Shown here: in pieces, positions 8,728-17,449 of the stretch
Position numbering within the stretch: position 1 is the first letter of the stretch
How the letters are laid out: the number at the start of each line of letters is the position of its first letter
DNA from: an uncultured Phycisphaeraceae bacterium
GTDB lineage: Bacteria; Planctomycetota; Phycisphaerae; Phycisphaerales; UBA1924
Reading direction: 5' to 3'
DNA length: 64,000 bases
Assembly: GCA_964391865.1 (NCBI GenBank)
Contig: CAYMNQ010000003.1
Coordinates: 1 to 64,000 of the forward strand
Made by a program: the position numbers and the translations under genes
The notes under the pieces: generated by a model
Database searches by the model: none
What the model was told of the DNA's origin: nothing
Seen by the model: only the letters and a program-made list of their open reading frames with translations

Positions 8728-11082
8728 ATGTTCCAATCACGCTGTATCGTCTGTGTGGGTGCGGTGCTGGCGTTGGCAGGTTCTTCGCACGCCCAGAGCA
8801 CCTTCGTCAACCGGCCCGGGTCGGCCGTGGGCACCGTGAATGCCTGGCTTCGAGCAGACATCTGGACGGTCGGCGGCGGCGGAATGCCGTCGGTTCCGAC
8901 CGCCGACAGTTTCACGAACCTGTTTGATCCCGGGCTGCAGTGGGAGCTGTATTTCGGGCGGGTGCTCGGGTTACCCGGCCCACCGACCGGATACCCCGCC
9001 GCGCATCCTTCGATCGGAGCCCTGATCGCGTCCAACATCAGTGTGAACTTGATCGGCCCCGATCAGACCGGCGGGACCGACGACGGGAGCCTCACGCTCA
9101 CGGGGATCGACGGCTCGTACATGCCTACGGTCCCGGATTTCTTCTCGACGGGGCTAACTACGAGCCTGCTGGTTAGCGACTTTACGACATTGTCGCAAGG
9201 CCCCAGTTGGCTGCGTTTGGCTTCACTGAAGACCGTGGCGAGCCAGCCGGTGTATGTGGTCGGTGGTTCGAGCACCTCGACGTTGATTGTCGAAGGCGCC
9301 ATCAGTGACGGCTCCGTGAACCTGCGCGCACCTCGGATCGAAATCGACGGCGCCTCGGCATCCATGGAGATCCGCGATTCGGCGAAGGTCAGCGCGGACA
9401 ACATCCAGGTCGGCGGGCTCAACTACATCACCGGAACCGTGGCCGGGACCCTGAAGGTCTTGAACGGTTCGGAGGTGGAAACCACGAGTGCGGACGGAGC
9501 CGCGGTCGGCGTGCGGGCGGCGACGACGACATTGGTGGCTCCGTTCGAAAGCCCGGATGCGGTGTCCACGTTCTTGCTCGATTCCGGAAGCACGCTGCGC
9601 ACCGCCCAGCTGTGGGCCTACGCCACGCGCGACGGTCTGCCGGTGGTTCCCCCGCCGTCTTACTCGAATCGTTCGCAGGCCATCCTGGATTTCCGCTCCG
9701 GCTCGGTCGAAGTGTTCGGGTACAACCGCGTGGTTTCGCTCCAGGCCGAGCGGAACGGGAACGCGAGACTGCTGCTTGGCTCGGCCGCCACGAGCGCGAC
9801 GCTCGACGCGGGCGGCATCGACGCCTCGGCTATCGATGGAAGCCAGGTCGGCGTGAGGGCGTTCGGCTCGACCCTCAACCTCGAAGGCACGATTGGCGGT
9901 GGGCAACTCGTTGGCAGTTTCATGCTCAGGTGCACGCTCGACAACGCCGCGAGCTTCGCGTCGTTCACGTTCAACAACAGCGACATGATCTCCTCCTACG
10001 GCGGCGTCTACCTCCGGGCCGATTCGCCGCCCTTTGAGCCGATCTCTCTTACAGTGTTGAACACCAGCGTCATCCGCGGGCGGAGCTTCACCGTCGGCGG
10101 TGGGCGCGTCATGATCCGGGACGACAGCGAAGTCAGCATGAACTTCCTCGGCGTGGGGATGATCCTCGCGCGGTCTCCCTTCGCGCAGCAGTTCGAGCTG
10201 TTCCCGGGCCAGCAGGGCTCCGTGATCCTGAAGGACAACAGCCGGCTGCTTCTGGTGCAGGATGTCGAGGGGGCGCCCGGGTTCTTCCACGGCACGACGC
10301 CGATCGTGACGCTCGGCGAGAACGCAAGGCTCGAGGTCGATTCGACCAGCGGCGTGAACATCGGCGGGAACGTGTTCGTTCCCATCGAGCCCGGCGCGAT
10401 CCAGATCTTCCCGCCCAGCTTCAGCGGGTACACGCCAGCGCTCTACGGCTCCGGCACGGTGGTCGGGACGGTGATCGGGCCAGCCCAAGAGCGCGGCGAG
10501 GCCGAGTCCGAGCGTGGCCCCGGGCCCGCGTCCAATGTCCGCGTCATCAATAACGGCGGGCTCATCGAACCTGGGGCGCCCGTGGGGACTCTCCGCATCG
10601 AGGGAGACCTCGTTCAGAACTCCGGCTCCATCGTCATCGAGATCGGCGGCACAGGGCGCGGGATGGAGCACGACCAGATCGCCGTCACCGGCGACATCTC
10701 TCTCTACGGCGGAAACATCGAACTCAGGCTCATGGAGGGCTTCACGCTGCCGTCTTCCTTCAGTTTGGAGATTTTCACCGGCTTCTCATCCTTCTTCATC
10801 GACCAGGACGCGGTGAGCTTGATTCCGCCCGCCGGGGTTGAGATCGAGAACTTCGACCCGCTAACCGGCATGATCACCATCACGCCGCCGCCCGGTTGCC
10901 CGGGCGATGTGAATGGTGACCTTTCGGTCGGGCTGGCGGATATCGCGGTGATGATTCAGCACTGGAGCAAGACCAAGCCGCCGGTCCCGCCGTTCATGGA
11001 CGGTGACCTTACGGGGGACGGGATGGTCACGATGGAGGACGTGGCGATCGTGATCATGAACTGGGCGGCGACTTGTCGGTAG
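8728..11082 (+). CDS. large secreted beta-helix/adhesin-like repeat protein with C-terminal dockerin-type module
   Basis: Signal peptide MFQSRCIVCVGAVLALAGSSHAQ. Gly/Thr/Ser-rich beta-strand repeats (e.g. GTLRIEGDLVQNSGSIVIEIGG) resemble autotransporter-associated beta-strand repeats. C-term CPGDVNGDLSVGLADIAVMIQHW...DGDLTGDGMVTMEDVAIVIMNWAATCR. GAAAGG RBS precedes ATG 8728. Confidence 0.7.
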   Translation: MFQSRCIVCVGAVLALAGSSHAQSTFVNRPGSAVGTVNAWLRADIWTVGGGGMPSVPTADSFTNLFDPGLQWELYFGRVLGLPGPPTGYPAAHPSIGALIASNISVNLIGPDQTGGTDDGSLTLTGIDGSYMPTVPDFFSTGLTTSLLVSDFTTLSQGPSWLRLASLKTVASQPVYVVGGSSTSTLIVEGAISDGSVNLRAPRIEIDGASASMEIRDSAKVSADNIQVGGLNYITGTVAGTLKVLNGSEVETTSADGAAVGVRAATTTLVAPFESPDAVSTFLLDSGSTLRTAQLWAYATRDGLPVVPPPSYSNRSQAILDFRSGSVEVFGYNRVVSLQAERNGNARLLLGSAATSATLDAGGIDASAIDGSQVGVRAFGSTLNLEGTIGGGQLVGSFMLRCTLDNAASFASFTFNNSDMISSYGGVYLRADSPPFEPISLTVLNTSVIRGRSFTVGGGRVMIRDDSEVSMNFLGVGMILARSPFAQQFELFPGQQGSVILKDNSRLLLVQDVEGAPGFFHGTTPIVTLGENARLEVDSTSGVNIGGNVFVPIEPGAIQIFPPSFSGYTPALYGSGTVVGTVIGPAQERGEAESERGPGPASNVRVINNGGLIEPGAPVGTLRIEGDLVQNSGSIVIEIGGTGRGMEHDQIAVTGDISLYGGNIELRLMEGFTLPSSFSLEIFTGFSSFFIDQDAVSLIPPAGVEIENFDPLTGMITITPPPGCPGDVNGDLSVGLADIAVMIQHWSKTKPPVPPFMDGDLTGDGMVTMEDVAIVIMNWAATCR

Positions 11083-11197
11083 TCGCCTGTGCGGTGCGAT
11101 GATCGTGTTCGCCTATCATGCGGACAACTGAATCCGTGCTGGCCGCGCAGCGAAAGCGCTGAGCGCCGAAAGTACAGATTCGGCGGAGTGTTGCCGT

Positions 11198-11563
11198 GTG
11201 ATTGTGCTGGTGTTGTACGCCGTGCCGGTGTGGGCGCTGATCTACCTGCTGCGCCGGCGGGTGGTGGGGCTGGTTGTGTTGGGGGTGGCGACGGCGTTGG
11301 TGCCGCTGCTGATCCATGTGGAGTCGGCGGCGATCGGGCCCTGGGCGGGGATGCTGCGGATCATCGGGGCGTCGTACGCGGGGCTGATCGCGGTCGTGGG
11401 TGTGCTGCTGTGGTTGCAGCGCCGTGCGGCGCGGGGTCACGAGTGCCGGCACTGTTTGTACGACCTGACGGGGAATGTCACGGGCGTGTGCCCGGAGTGC
11501 GGGCACGTGACGCCTGATGTGACGGCGGGGGAGGTGCGCCGGGCGAAGAAGGGGAAGGCGTAA
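11198..11563 (+). CDS. small membrane protein with C-terminal zinc ribbon (short member of the C-x2-C...CPECG family)
   Basis: Two TM helices then RRAARGHECRHCLYDLTGNVTGVCPECGHV. This matches the tail motif of the three larger paralogs (48806..49525, 49527..50219, 58172..58936). GTG start; GGAG upstream. Confidence 0.5.
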   Translation: MIVLVLYAVPVWALIYLLRRRVVGLVVLGVATALVPLLIHVESAAIGPWAGMLRIIGASYAGLIAVVGVLLWLQRRAARGHECRHCLYDLTGNVTGVCPECGHVTPDVTAGEVRRAKKGKA

Positions 11564-11600
11564 GTCGGAAGGGCGGAAGGCGGAGGTCGGAAGGGGGAAG
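11553..11600. repeat. purine-rich GGAAGG-type repeat, also present at window positions 1-30
   Basis: gtcggaagggcggaaggcggaggtcggaagggggaag directly after the 11198..11563 stop. Compare ggaaggtcggaaggcggaag at 1-20. Confidence 0.3.
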
Positions 11601-11655
11601 TGGCGGGTTTCGGGGGGTCGGGGGTCGGGTTTGGCGCACCGCGCATTCGCGCATC

Positions 11656-12897
11656 GTGCACCGCGCGGCCGCTCATATACTCGCCCGCGTGCGTGATCCT
11701 TCGTTTATTTATCTCGACAACGCCGCGACGAGCTGGCCCAAGCCGGCGGTTGTGGGCGAAGAGATGGCGCGGTTTCTTGCGGAATCGGCGGGGAATCCGG
11801 GGCGCGGCGGGCACGCGCTGGCGCGCGAGGCGGCGGGGCACATCGAGCGGGCGCGGGCGGCGCTGGCGAGATTGATCGGCGCGGAGAAGCCGGAGCGCGT
11901 GGTGCTGACGCCCGGCTGCACGGACTCGGTGAATCTCGCCGTGCATGGGTGGTTGTGGAAGTGTCTGCATGAGGCACGGCGCGGAGGGGGCAAGCCTCAT
12001 GTGGTGATGTCGAGCGTGGAGCATAACGCGGTGGGGCGGTCGCTGCACGCGCATCAAGAAGACGGCGAGATCACGCTGACGATTGTGCCGTGCGATGAGC
12101 GCGGGTACGTCAGCGCGGCGGCGATGCTCGGGGCGTGCGACGAGCGGACGGTGCTGGTGTGCCTGTCGCACGCGTCGAACGCGTGCGGCACGATCCAGCC
12201 GGTGCGCGAGGTCGGCGCGGGGCTGCGGGCGCGCTCGCCCGGCGCGCTGTTGATGGTGGATGCGGCGCAGACGGCGGGGCATCTGCCGATCGATGTGCGC
12301 GCGATGGATATTGACCTGCTGACGATCGCGGGGCACAAGGGGCTGCTGGGTCCGACGGGGACGGGGGCGCTGTATGTCGGGCCGCTGGCGTTCAGCGATG
12401 AGCCGGATGGGCCGCGGCTGCACTGCACGCGCTCGGGCGGGACGGGCGCGAAAAGCCCGGGGCTTGAGATGCCGGCGGAGTTGCCGGATGCGCTGGAAGC
12501 GGGGACGAGCAACGCGGTGGGCTTCGCTGGGTTGCTCGCGGCGATGGAGCACAAACCGGCCAACGCGCACGAGAACGAGACGGCGCGCACGGCGGAGTTG
12601 CTCGAGGGCCTGCGCGCGATCCGCGGGGTGAAGATCTACGGTGTGGAGAACGCGCACGATCGGACGGCGGTGGTGATGTTCAACATCGAGGGGATGCCGC
12701 CGAGGGATGTGGGCGCGATTCTGGACGGTGAATTCACTATCGCGGTGCGGGCGGGGCTCCACTGTGCGCCGATGCTGCACAAGTCGCTGCGCACGTTCCC
12801 GGATGGCGCGGTGCGCGCGAGCCCGGGGTGGTCGACGACGCGCGAGCAGGTGGAGCGGTTGATTCGCGCGGTGGGGGAGATCGCGGGTTCGCGGTGA
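11656..12897 (+). CDS. class-V aminotransferase / cysteine desulfurase (NifS/SufS-like)
   Basis: IYLDNAATSWPKP N-terminal signature. PLP-lysine context TIAGHKGLLGP. Class-V fold throughout. GTG start at 11656; alternative GTG at 11689. Confidence 0.85.
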   Translation: MHRAAAHILARVRDPSFIYLDNAATSWPKPAVVGEEMARFLAESAGNPGRGGHALAREAAGHIERARAALARLIGAEKPERVVLTPGCTDSVNLAVHGWLWKCLHEARRGGGKPHVVMSSVEHNAVGRSLHAHQEDGEITLTIVPCDERGYVSAAAMLGACDERTVLVCLSHASNACGTIQPVREVGAGLRARSPGALLMVDAAQTAGHLPIDVRAMDIDLLTIAGHKGLLGPTGTGALYVGPLAFSDEPDGPRLHCTRSGGTGAKSPGLEMPAELPDALEAGTSNAVGFAGLLAAMEHKPANAHENETARTAELLEGLRAIRGVKIYGVENAHDRTAVVMFNIEGMPPRDVGAILDGEFTIAVRAGLHCAPMLHKSLRTFPDGAVRASPGWSTTREQVERLIRAVGEIAGSR

Positions 12898-13036
12898 GCG
12901 TGTACTCGGACGGCGCCCGCGCGGCGGAGCCTGCGGCACACAGTCAGCGGGCATGGTTGCCGTATGATGATGGCGAGTACGGGATGATCGAAGAGTGCGC
13001 CGGTGCGGCGCGTGGGCGGGACGCGGAGGGTTCAGC

Positions 13037-14671
13037 ATGGCAACGGCGATTCTGATGATCTCGCTGATCGTGGCGGGGGCGATCGTGGTGGGCGCGTGGG
13101 GTGTGCAGCAGGCGGCGTTGCGCGTGCCGGCGGGGCTGCTGGCGATCGTGGTGATCGTGGGCGGGGCGATGCTGGCGTCGGTGCGGTTTGTGCCGGACTC
13201 GAAGCTGGGGGTGATCATCAAGAACGCGCTGGGCGCGAAGCTGCCGCCCGGCAAGATCATCGCAACGGCGGGGGAGATGGGCCCGCAGGCGCGGATCCTG
13301 CCGCCCGGCTGGCACTTCGGGTACTGGCCGATTTTGTACGACGTGCAGAACGAATCGATCCTTGAGATCGGCGAGGGTGAGGTCGGCTTGCTGACAGCGA
13401 GCGGCGGTTTGCCGCTGCCGTCGGGCGATGCGTTCGCTCCGGAGTGGGCGGAGACCGAGATCGAGAAGATGCTCGACGCGGAGCATTTCCTGACGGTCGG
13501 GAAGGGGTACCGCGGCCCGCAGGCGACGGTGCTGACGCCGGGCAAGTACCGGATCAACCCGAAGTTGTTCAAGGTGGAGACGCAGAAATCGACGAACATC
13601 GAGCGGGCGTCGGTCGGCGTGGTGAAGTCGAACGTGGGGCCGATCCCGGTGTCGAAGCCGGCGGCGACGACGGCGGACATGCTGGTGGATCGGGGGCAGC
13701 GCGGGATCTGGAAGCAGCCGCTCTCGCCGCAGAAGCTGTACCTGAATACGAGCGCGTATGAAGTGACGATGATCTCGACGCGGGCGCACATCGTGGAGTA
13801 CACGGAGGCGCGCGGCGAGGGGAGCGACCGTGAGATCTCGGTGCGGTCGGCGGACGGGTTCACGTTCCCGGTGGATGTGCGCGTCGAGTTCGAGATCATG
13901 CCGGAGCACGCGCCGCTGGTGGTCGCGAGTCTGCGGGACGATCAGGACGGTCTGCGCACGGTGCTGAACTCCGCGGTCCGGGCGACGTTCCGGAACTCGG
14001 CGGAGCGGGTGAAAGCGCTCGACTATGTGCGCCAGCGCTCGCAGCAGGAGCGGCAGGCGCTCGAAGCGATCAAGACGGAGATGAACCGCTACGGCGTCAC
14101 GGTCAACGCGGTGCGCATCGGCAACATCGGGAACGAGCAGACGCTCGGGCAACTGCTGAAGACGCAGACGGACCGCGAGATCGCCGTGCAGGAGCAGCAG
14201 ACGTTCCAGGAGCAGCAGCGCGCGGCGGAGCAGAAGAAGGCGCTGAGCCGCACGCAGCAGGAATCCGAAGAGGAGAAGCGGCTGGCGACGGCGAACTATC
14301 AGGTGAGGATCGCGGAGGCGGACAAGCAGAAGAAGATCATCGAAGCCGGCGCGGAAGCGGAAGCGATCAGCATCCGCGCGACGGCGCAGGCGAAGGCGTA
14401 CAGCGAGATCGCGGCGCAGATCGGGCGCGGGAATGCGGCGTTGATGGAGCTGATGAAGATCGTGGGCGAGCGGAACATCCAGATCACGCCGCGGGTGATG
14501 GTGAACGGCTCGGCGGGGAACGGCGCGGAGCCCGGCCCGGCGGAGACGACGGCGCTGATCGGGACGATGCTGGACTCGATGATGTCGCGGGGTGAGGAGC
14601 CGGCGGCGGCACCGGTGCCGAGCGCCAAGCCGCAGGCCGAACCGGCGCGGCCCGCGCCGCGGAGCCCCTGA
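13037..14671 (+). CDS. flotillin-like SPFH/band-7 domain membrane protein
   Basis: N-terminal TM (MATAILMISLIVAGAIVVGAW). SPFH core. Long Ala/Glu/Gln/Lys-rich coiled-coil tail (EQQRAAEQKKALSRTQQESEEEKRLA...). GGAGGG RBS 6 nt before ATG 13037. Confidence 0.8.
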   Translation: MATAILMISLIVAGAIVVGAWGVQQAALRVPAGLLAIVVIVGGAMLASVRFVPDSKLGVIIKNALGAKLPPGKIIATAGEMGPQARILPPGWHFGYWPILYDVQNESILEIGEGEVGLLTASGGLPLPSGDAFAPEWAETEIEKMLDAEHFLTVGKGYRGPQATVLTPGKYRINPKLFKVETQKSTNIERASVGVVKSNVGPIPVSKPAATTADMLVDRGQRGIWKQPLSPQKLYLNTSAYEVTMISTRAHIVEYTEARGEGSDREISVRSADGFTFPVDVRVEFEIMPEHAPLVVASLRDDQDGLRTVLNSAVRATFRNSAERVKALDYVRQRSQQERQALEAIKTEMNRYGVTVNAVRIGNIGNEQTLGQLLKTQTDREIAVQEQQTFQEQQRAAEQKKALSRTQQESEEEKRLATANYQVRIAEADKQKKIIEAGAEAEAISIRATAQAKAYSEIAAQIGRGNAALMELMKIVGERNIQITPRVMVNGSAGNGAEPGPAETTALIGTMLDSMMSRGEEPAAAPVPSAKPQAEPARPAPRSP

Positions 14672-14749
14672 GCACGAAGGGTGGGATCGGGGCCGAAACG
14701 GAACATACACTGGCCGCCCCGCCGATCGCGGCGGGAAGGAGCGGAGTGC

Positions 14750-15784
14750 ATGAACGTTCTCGTCACCGGCGGCGCCGGGTACATCGGGTCTCACGCGAGC
14801 CAGCGGCTGCTGCGCGATGGTCACTCGGTCAGCGTGATCGACAACCTGTTCCGCGGGCACGAGCGCGCGATCGACCTGCTGCGCACGATGCCGGGGGTGA
14901 CGGCGGAGCGCCTCGCGTTCTTCAAGGGCGATGTGGGCGACCGGGCGCTGGTCGAGCGCGTGCTCCGCGAGCGGAAGATCGAGGCGGTGATGCACTTCGC
15001 CGCCATGGCGTACGTGGGCGAGAGCGTGAACGACCCGCTGGCGTACTTCCGCAACAACACGACGGCGACGTTGAACCTGATCGAGGCGGTCGAAGCCGCG
15101 GGCGTGAAGCGGATGGTGTTCAGTTCGACGTGCGCCAGCTACGGCGAGCCGCCGCCGGAGATGATCCCGATCGCGGAGACGTGCCCGCAGAAGCCGATCA
15201 ACCCGTACGGCGCGTCGAAGCTCTTCTGCGAGCGGATGCTGTTTGATTACGCGGCGATGAAGAAGATCAAGGGAGAGGACTTCGCGTTCGCGGCGCCGCG
15301 GTACTTCAATGTCGCCGGGTGCGATCGTTCCGGGCTTCTGGGCGAGGACCACGAGCCGGAGACGCACCTGATCCCCGTGATTCTGCAGGCGGTGCTGGGC
15401 AAGCGCGACGCGATCACGATCTTCGGCACCGACTACCCGACGCCCGACGGCACGTGCATCCGCGACTATGTGCATGTTGAGGATCTGGTAGATGCGCACG
15501 TGCACGTGATGAACGCGCTGAAGCCGGGGGACACAAGGACGTACAACCTGGGCATCGGGCGCGGCTACTCGGTGCGCGAGGTGATCGACTCGGTGAAGCG
15601 CGTGACGGGGCGGAACTTCACGGTGAAGGAGGGCGCTCGGCGGGCGGGCGACCCGCCGACGCTGTTCGCGGATGCGTCGAAGATCAAGAGGGAACTGGGG
15701 TGGGAGGCGAAGATCCGCTCGATTGATGAGATCGTGGCGACGGCGTGGAAGTGGTTTGAGAAGAACCCGGGGGGGTACAGATAG
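14750..15784 (+). CDS. galE: UDP-glucose 4-epimerase
   Basis: MNVLVTGGAGYIGSH Rossmann start; YxxxK context (YGASKLFCE); GalE-length SDR. AAGGAG lies 8 nt upstream. Confidence 0.85.
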   Translation: MNVLVTGGAGYIGSHASQRLLRDGHSVSVIDNLFRGHERAIDLLRTMPGVTAERLAFFKGDVGDRALVERVLRERKIEAVMHFAAMAYVGESVNDPLAYFRNNTTATLNLIEAVEAAGVKRMVFSSTCASYGEPPPEMIPIAETCPQKPINPYGASKLFCERMLFDYAAMKKIKGEDFAFAAPRYFNVAGCDRSGLLGEDHEPETHLIPVILQAVLGKRDAITIFGTDYPTPDGTCIRDYVHVEDLVDAHVHVMNALKPGDTRTYNLGIGRGYSVREVIDSVKRVTGRNFTVKEGARRAGDPPTLFADASKIKRELGWEAKIRSIDEIVATAWKWFEKNPGGYR

Positions 15785-15816
15785 TTTTGAGTTGAGAGTT
15801 TTGAGCTTGGAGCCGG
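15785..15816. repeat. left arm of imperfect inverted repeat flanking the four-helix-bundle gene
   Basis: TTTTGAGTTGAGAGTTTTGAGCTTGGAGCCGG. Its reverse complement begins CCGGCTCCAAGCTCAAAA and pairs with the right arm at 16238..16271. Confidence 0.5.
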
Positions 15817-15841
15817 AATTAATGGGCGGCGGGGGAGTGTC

Positions 15842-16219
15842 GTGCAGGACTATCAGAAACTCGTGGTGTGGCAGCGGGCTCACGCGCTGGCGCTTTCGAT
15901 CTACGAATTGACGCGCGAGTACCCGCCCGACGAGCGATTTGGGCTCACCTCGCAGACGCGACGCTGTGCGGTGTCGATCGCGTCAAACATCGCCGAGGGG
16001 AGCGGGAGGGCGACCGATCGCGACTTCGCGCAGTTCCTTCATATCGCGGTTGGATCGACGAACGAACTGGAGTACCAGTTGCTGCTCGCGCGTGATCTTG
16101 GGTTTATCAGCGCCTCGCACGGAGACGTGATCGCCGCTGAAACAGTCGAAGTTCGGCGGATGCTGATCGCATTGATCGGGACCGTTCGCAGGGCCAATAC
16201 GCGACAGACGGCGTCGTAG
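15842..16219 (+). CDS. four-helix-bundle protein (TIGR02436 / 23S-rRNA-IVS-type protein)
   Basis: MQDYQKLVVWQRAHALALSIYELTREYP...SQTRRCAVSIASNIAEGSGR is the hallmark sequence of this family. Lower GC than its neighbours. GGGGGAG RBS before GTG 15842. Confidence 0.8.
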   Translation: MQDYQKLVVWQRAHALALSIYELTREYPPDERFGLTSQTRRCAVSIASNIAEGSGRATDRDFAQFLHIAVGSTNELEYQLLLARDLGFISASHGDVIAAETVEVRRMLIALIGTVRRANTRQTAS

Positions 16220-16237
16220 TTGGGGCGTTGAATCTGT

Positions 16238-16271
16238 CCGGCTCCAAACTTCAAACTCAAAGCTCTCAACC
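16238..16271. repeat. right arm of the inverted repeat flanking the four-helix-bundle gene
   Basis: CCGGCTCCAAACTTCAAACTCAAAGCTCTCAACC. Its first 10 nt are exactly complementary to the left arm; the remainder is imperfect and built of CTCAAA-type units. Confidence 0.5.
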
Positions 16272-16278
16272 GCGCCGA

Positions 16279-16971
16279 TCAGAACGGAAAGATGACTCCC
16301 GCCCACACACCGATGCCATCCCGCGCCGGGTTGTCGTCGGTGCCGAAGCTGCTGGCGTTGGAGATGTGGTGCCAGCCGATGCCCAGGTCGAGGCGTGCGC
16401 CGGAGTCGCCGAGCGCCCACGTCACGCCGATGCCGGCGCGTGGCGTGAAGTCGAAGGTGGTGCCGCCGTCGGGGACGTCGTCGCTGGTGAAGAGGAGGCC
16501 GATGCCGAGGTCGGCGTAGACGGTGTACTGGCGCGTCTCGGGTTCGATGAGGAAGTGCCAGCGGAAGCCGAGGTGCGGGTTGAAGCCGCCCGCGTTTTCG
16601 CCGTCCTGGTCGAAGTACCAGCCGCGGAAGCCGAAGCGGAACTCGAAGCCATCGGTAAGGAAGTAGTCGAAGTTGACGGAGCCGGCGTAGTCGTTGGCGT
16701 CGTCGGAGAAGACGGCGCCGGCGTCGAAGCCCCACCACCAGGTGTGGCGCTCGGCGAAGACCTTGCGCGCGGCGGCTTCGGCGATGGGCTGGTCGTTCGG
16801 AGAAGCGTCGGTGGGCGTGCTGGCGCCGCCGCCGGTCGCGGGCGGGTCGCTGAGTGTCGGCGCGCTCGAGTTGAACGAGAGCGCGTCGAGCGCCTCGGCG
16901 TGGGCAGCGCCCGGCGCGAGAAGTGCAGCGAGGACGATGAGCAACGGGCGTGGATCAGCGGATGGGCGCAT
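16279..16971 (-). CDS. outer-membrane beta-barrel, PagL-like lipid A deacylase / acyloxyacyl hydrolase family
   Basis: Signal peptide MRPSADPRPLLIVLAALLAPGAAHA. Small barrel ending ...GVIFPF. HHISNASSFG resembles the His-x-Ser-Asn catalytic strand of PagL-type enzymes. Confidence 0.5.
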   Translation of the reverse strand: MRPSADPRPLLIVLAALLAPGAAHAEALDALSFNSSAPTLSDPPATGGGASTPTDASPNDQPIAEAAARKVFAERHTWWWGFDAGAVFSDDANDYAGSVNFDYFLTDGFEFRFGFRGWYFDQDGENAGGFNPHLGFRWHFLIEPETRQYTVYADLGIGLLFTSDDVPDGGTTFDFTPRAGIGVTWALGDSGARLDLGIGWHHISNASSFGTDDNPARDGIGVWAGVIFPF

Positions 16972-17091
16972 GGTTGGTGTGTTCCTCGCGGTGTCTGGGC
17001 GGCGTGGTTGGATCGGGACGGGTAGAGTGTCGGGACGATCGCGCCCCGCCGCAAGACGGCGGCGCGGGTGAGCGGGGGCGGGAGCGGCGGC

Positions 17092-17313
17092 ATGAACGAC
17101 CCCGAATCACGGCTGACGAGGCTCGAAGAGTCGCAGGCGTTCGCCGAGCGAACGGGCGAGCAGTTGTCGGAGCAACTGCGCGAACTCTTCGGCAAGATCG
17201 AGCGGTTGAACCGGCGGTTGGAATCGCTTGAAGCGCGCCTTGAGCGCTCTCAGCGTGCTGATGACGGGCCGACGGTTGATGAAGCTGGTGATGATCCGCT
17301 GGCGTTTTCGTGA
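17092..17313 (+). CDS. slyX: SlyX-like coiled-coil protein
   Basis: MNDPESRLTRLEESQAFAERTGEQLSEQLRELFGKIERLNRRLESLEARLE matches the SlyX heptad pattern. GGGAG lies 7 nt upstream. Confidence 0.55.
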   Translation: MNDPESRLTRLEESQAFAERTGEQLSEQLRELFGKIERLNRRLESLEARLERSQRADDGPTVDEAGDDPLAFS

Positions 17314-17449
17314 GCGTGCGCGTGTGAGGAGCGGTCGGGTTGCCTCGCGATCGCACCGGGCGCGTCTCAGAGCAGACGCGGCTGGTGGCACCCGATGTCC
17401 GGTCCCCGATCTCCGATCCCCGACACCCGAGCGCGTTGCGTGTCGCGCG

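Noticed and set aside
11437-13899. 820-aa minus-strand ORF
   Set aside because: Arg/Pro-rich. Antisense to the class-V aminotransferase and flotillin genes.
12944-15883. 979-aa minus-strand ORF
   Set aside because: Arg/Leu/His-rich frame with no domains. Antisense to the flotillin and galE genes.
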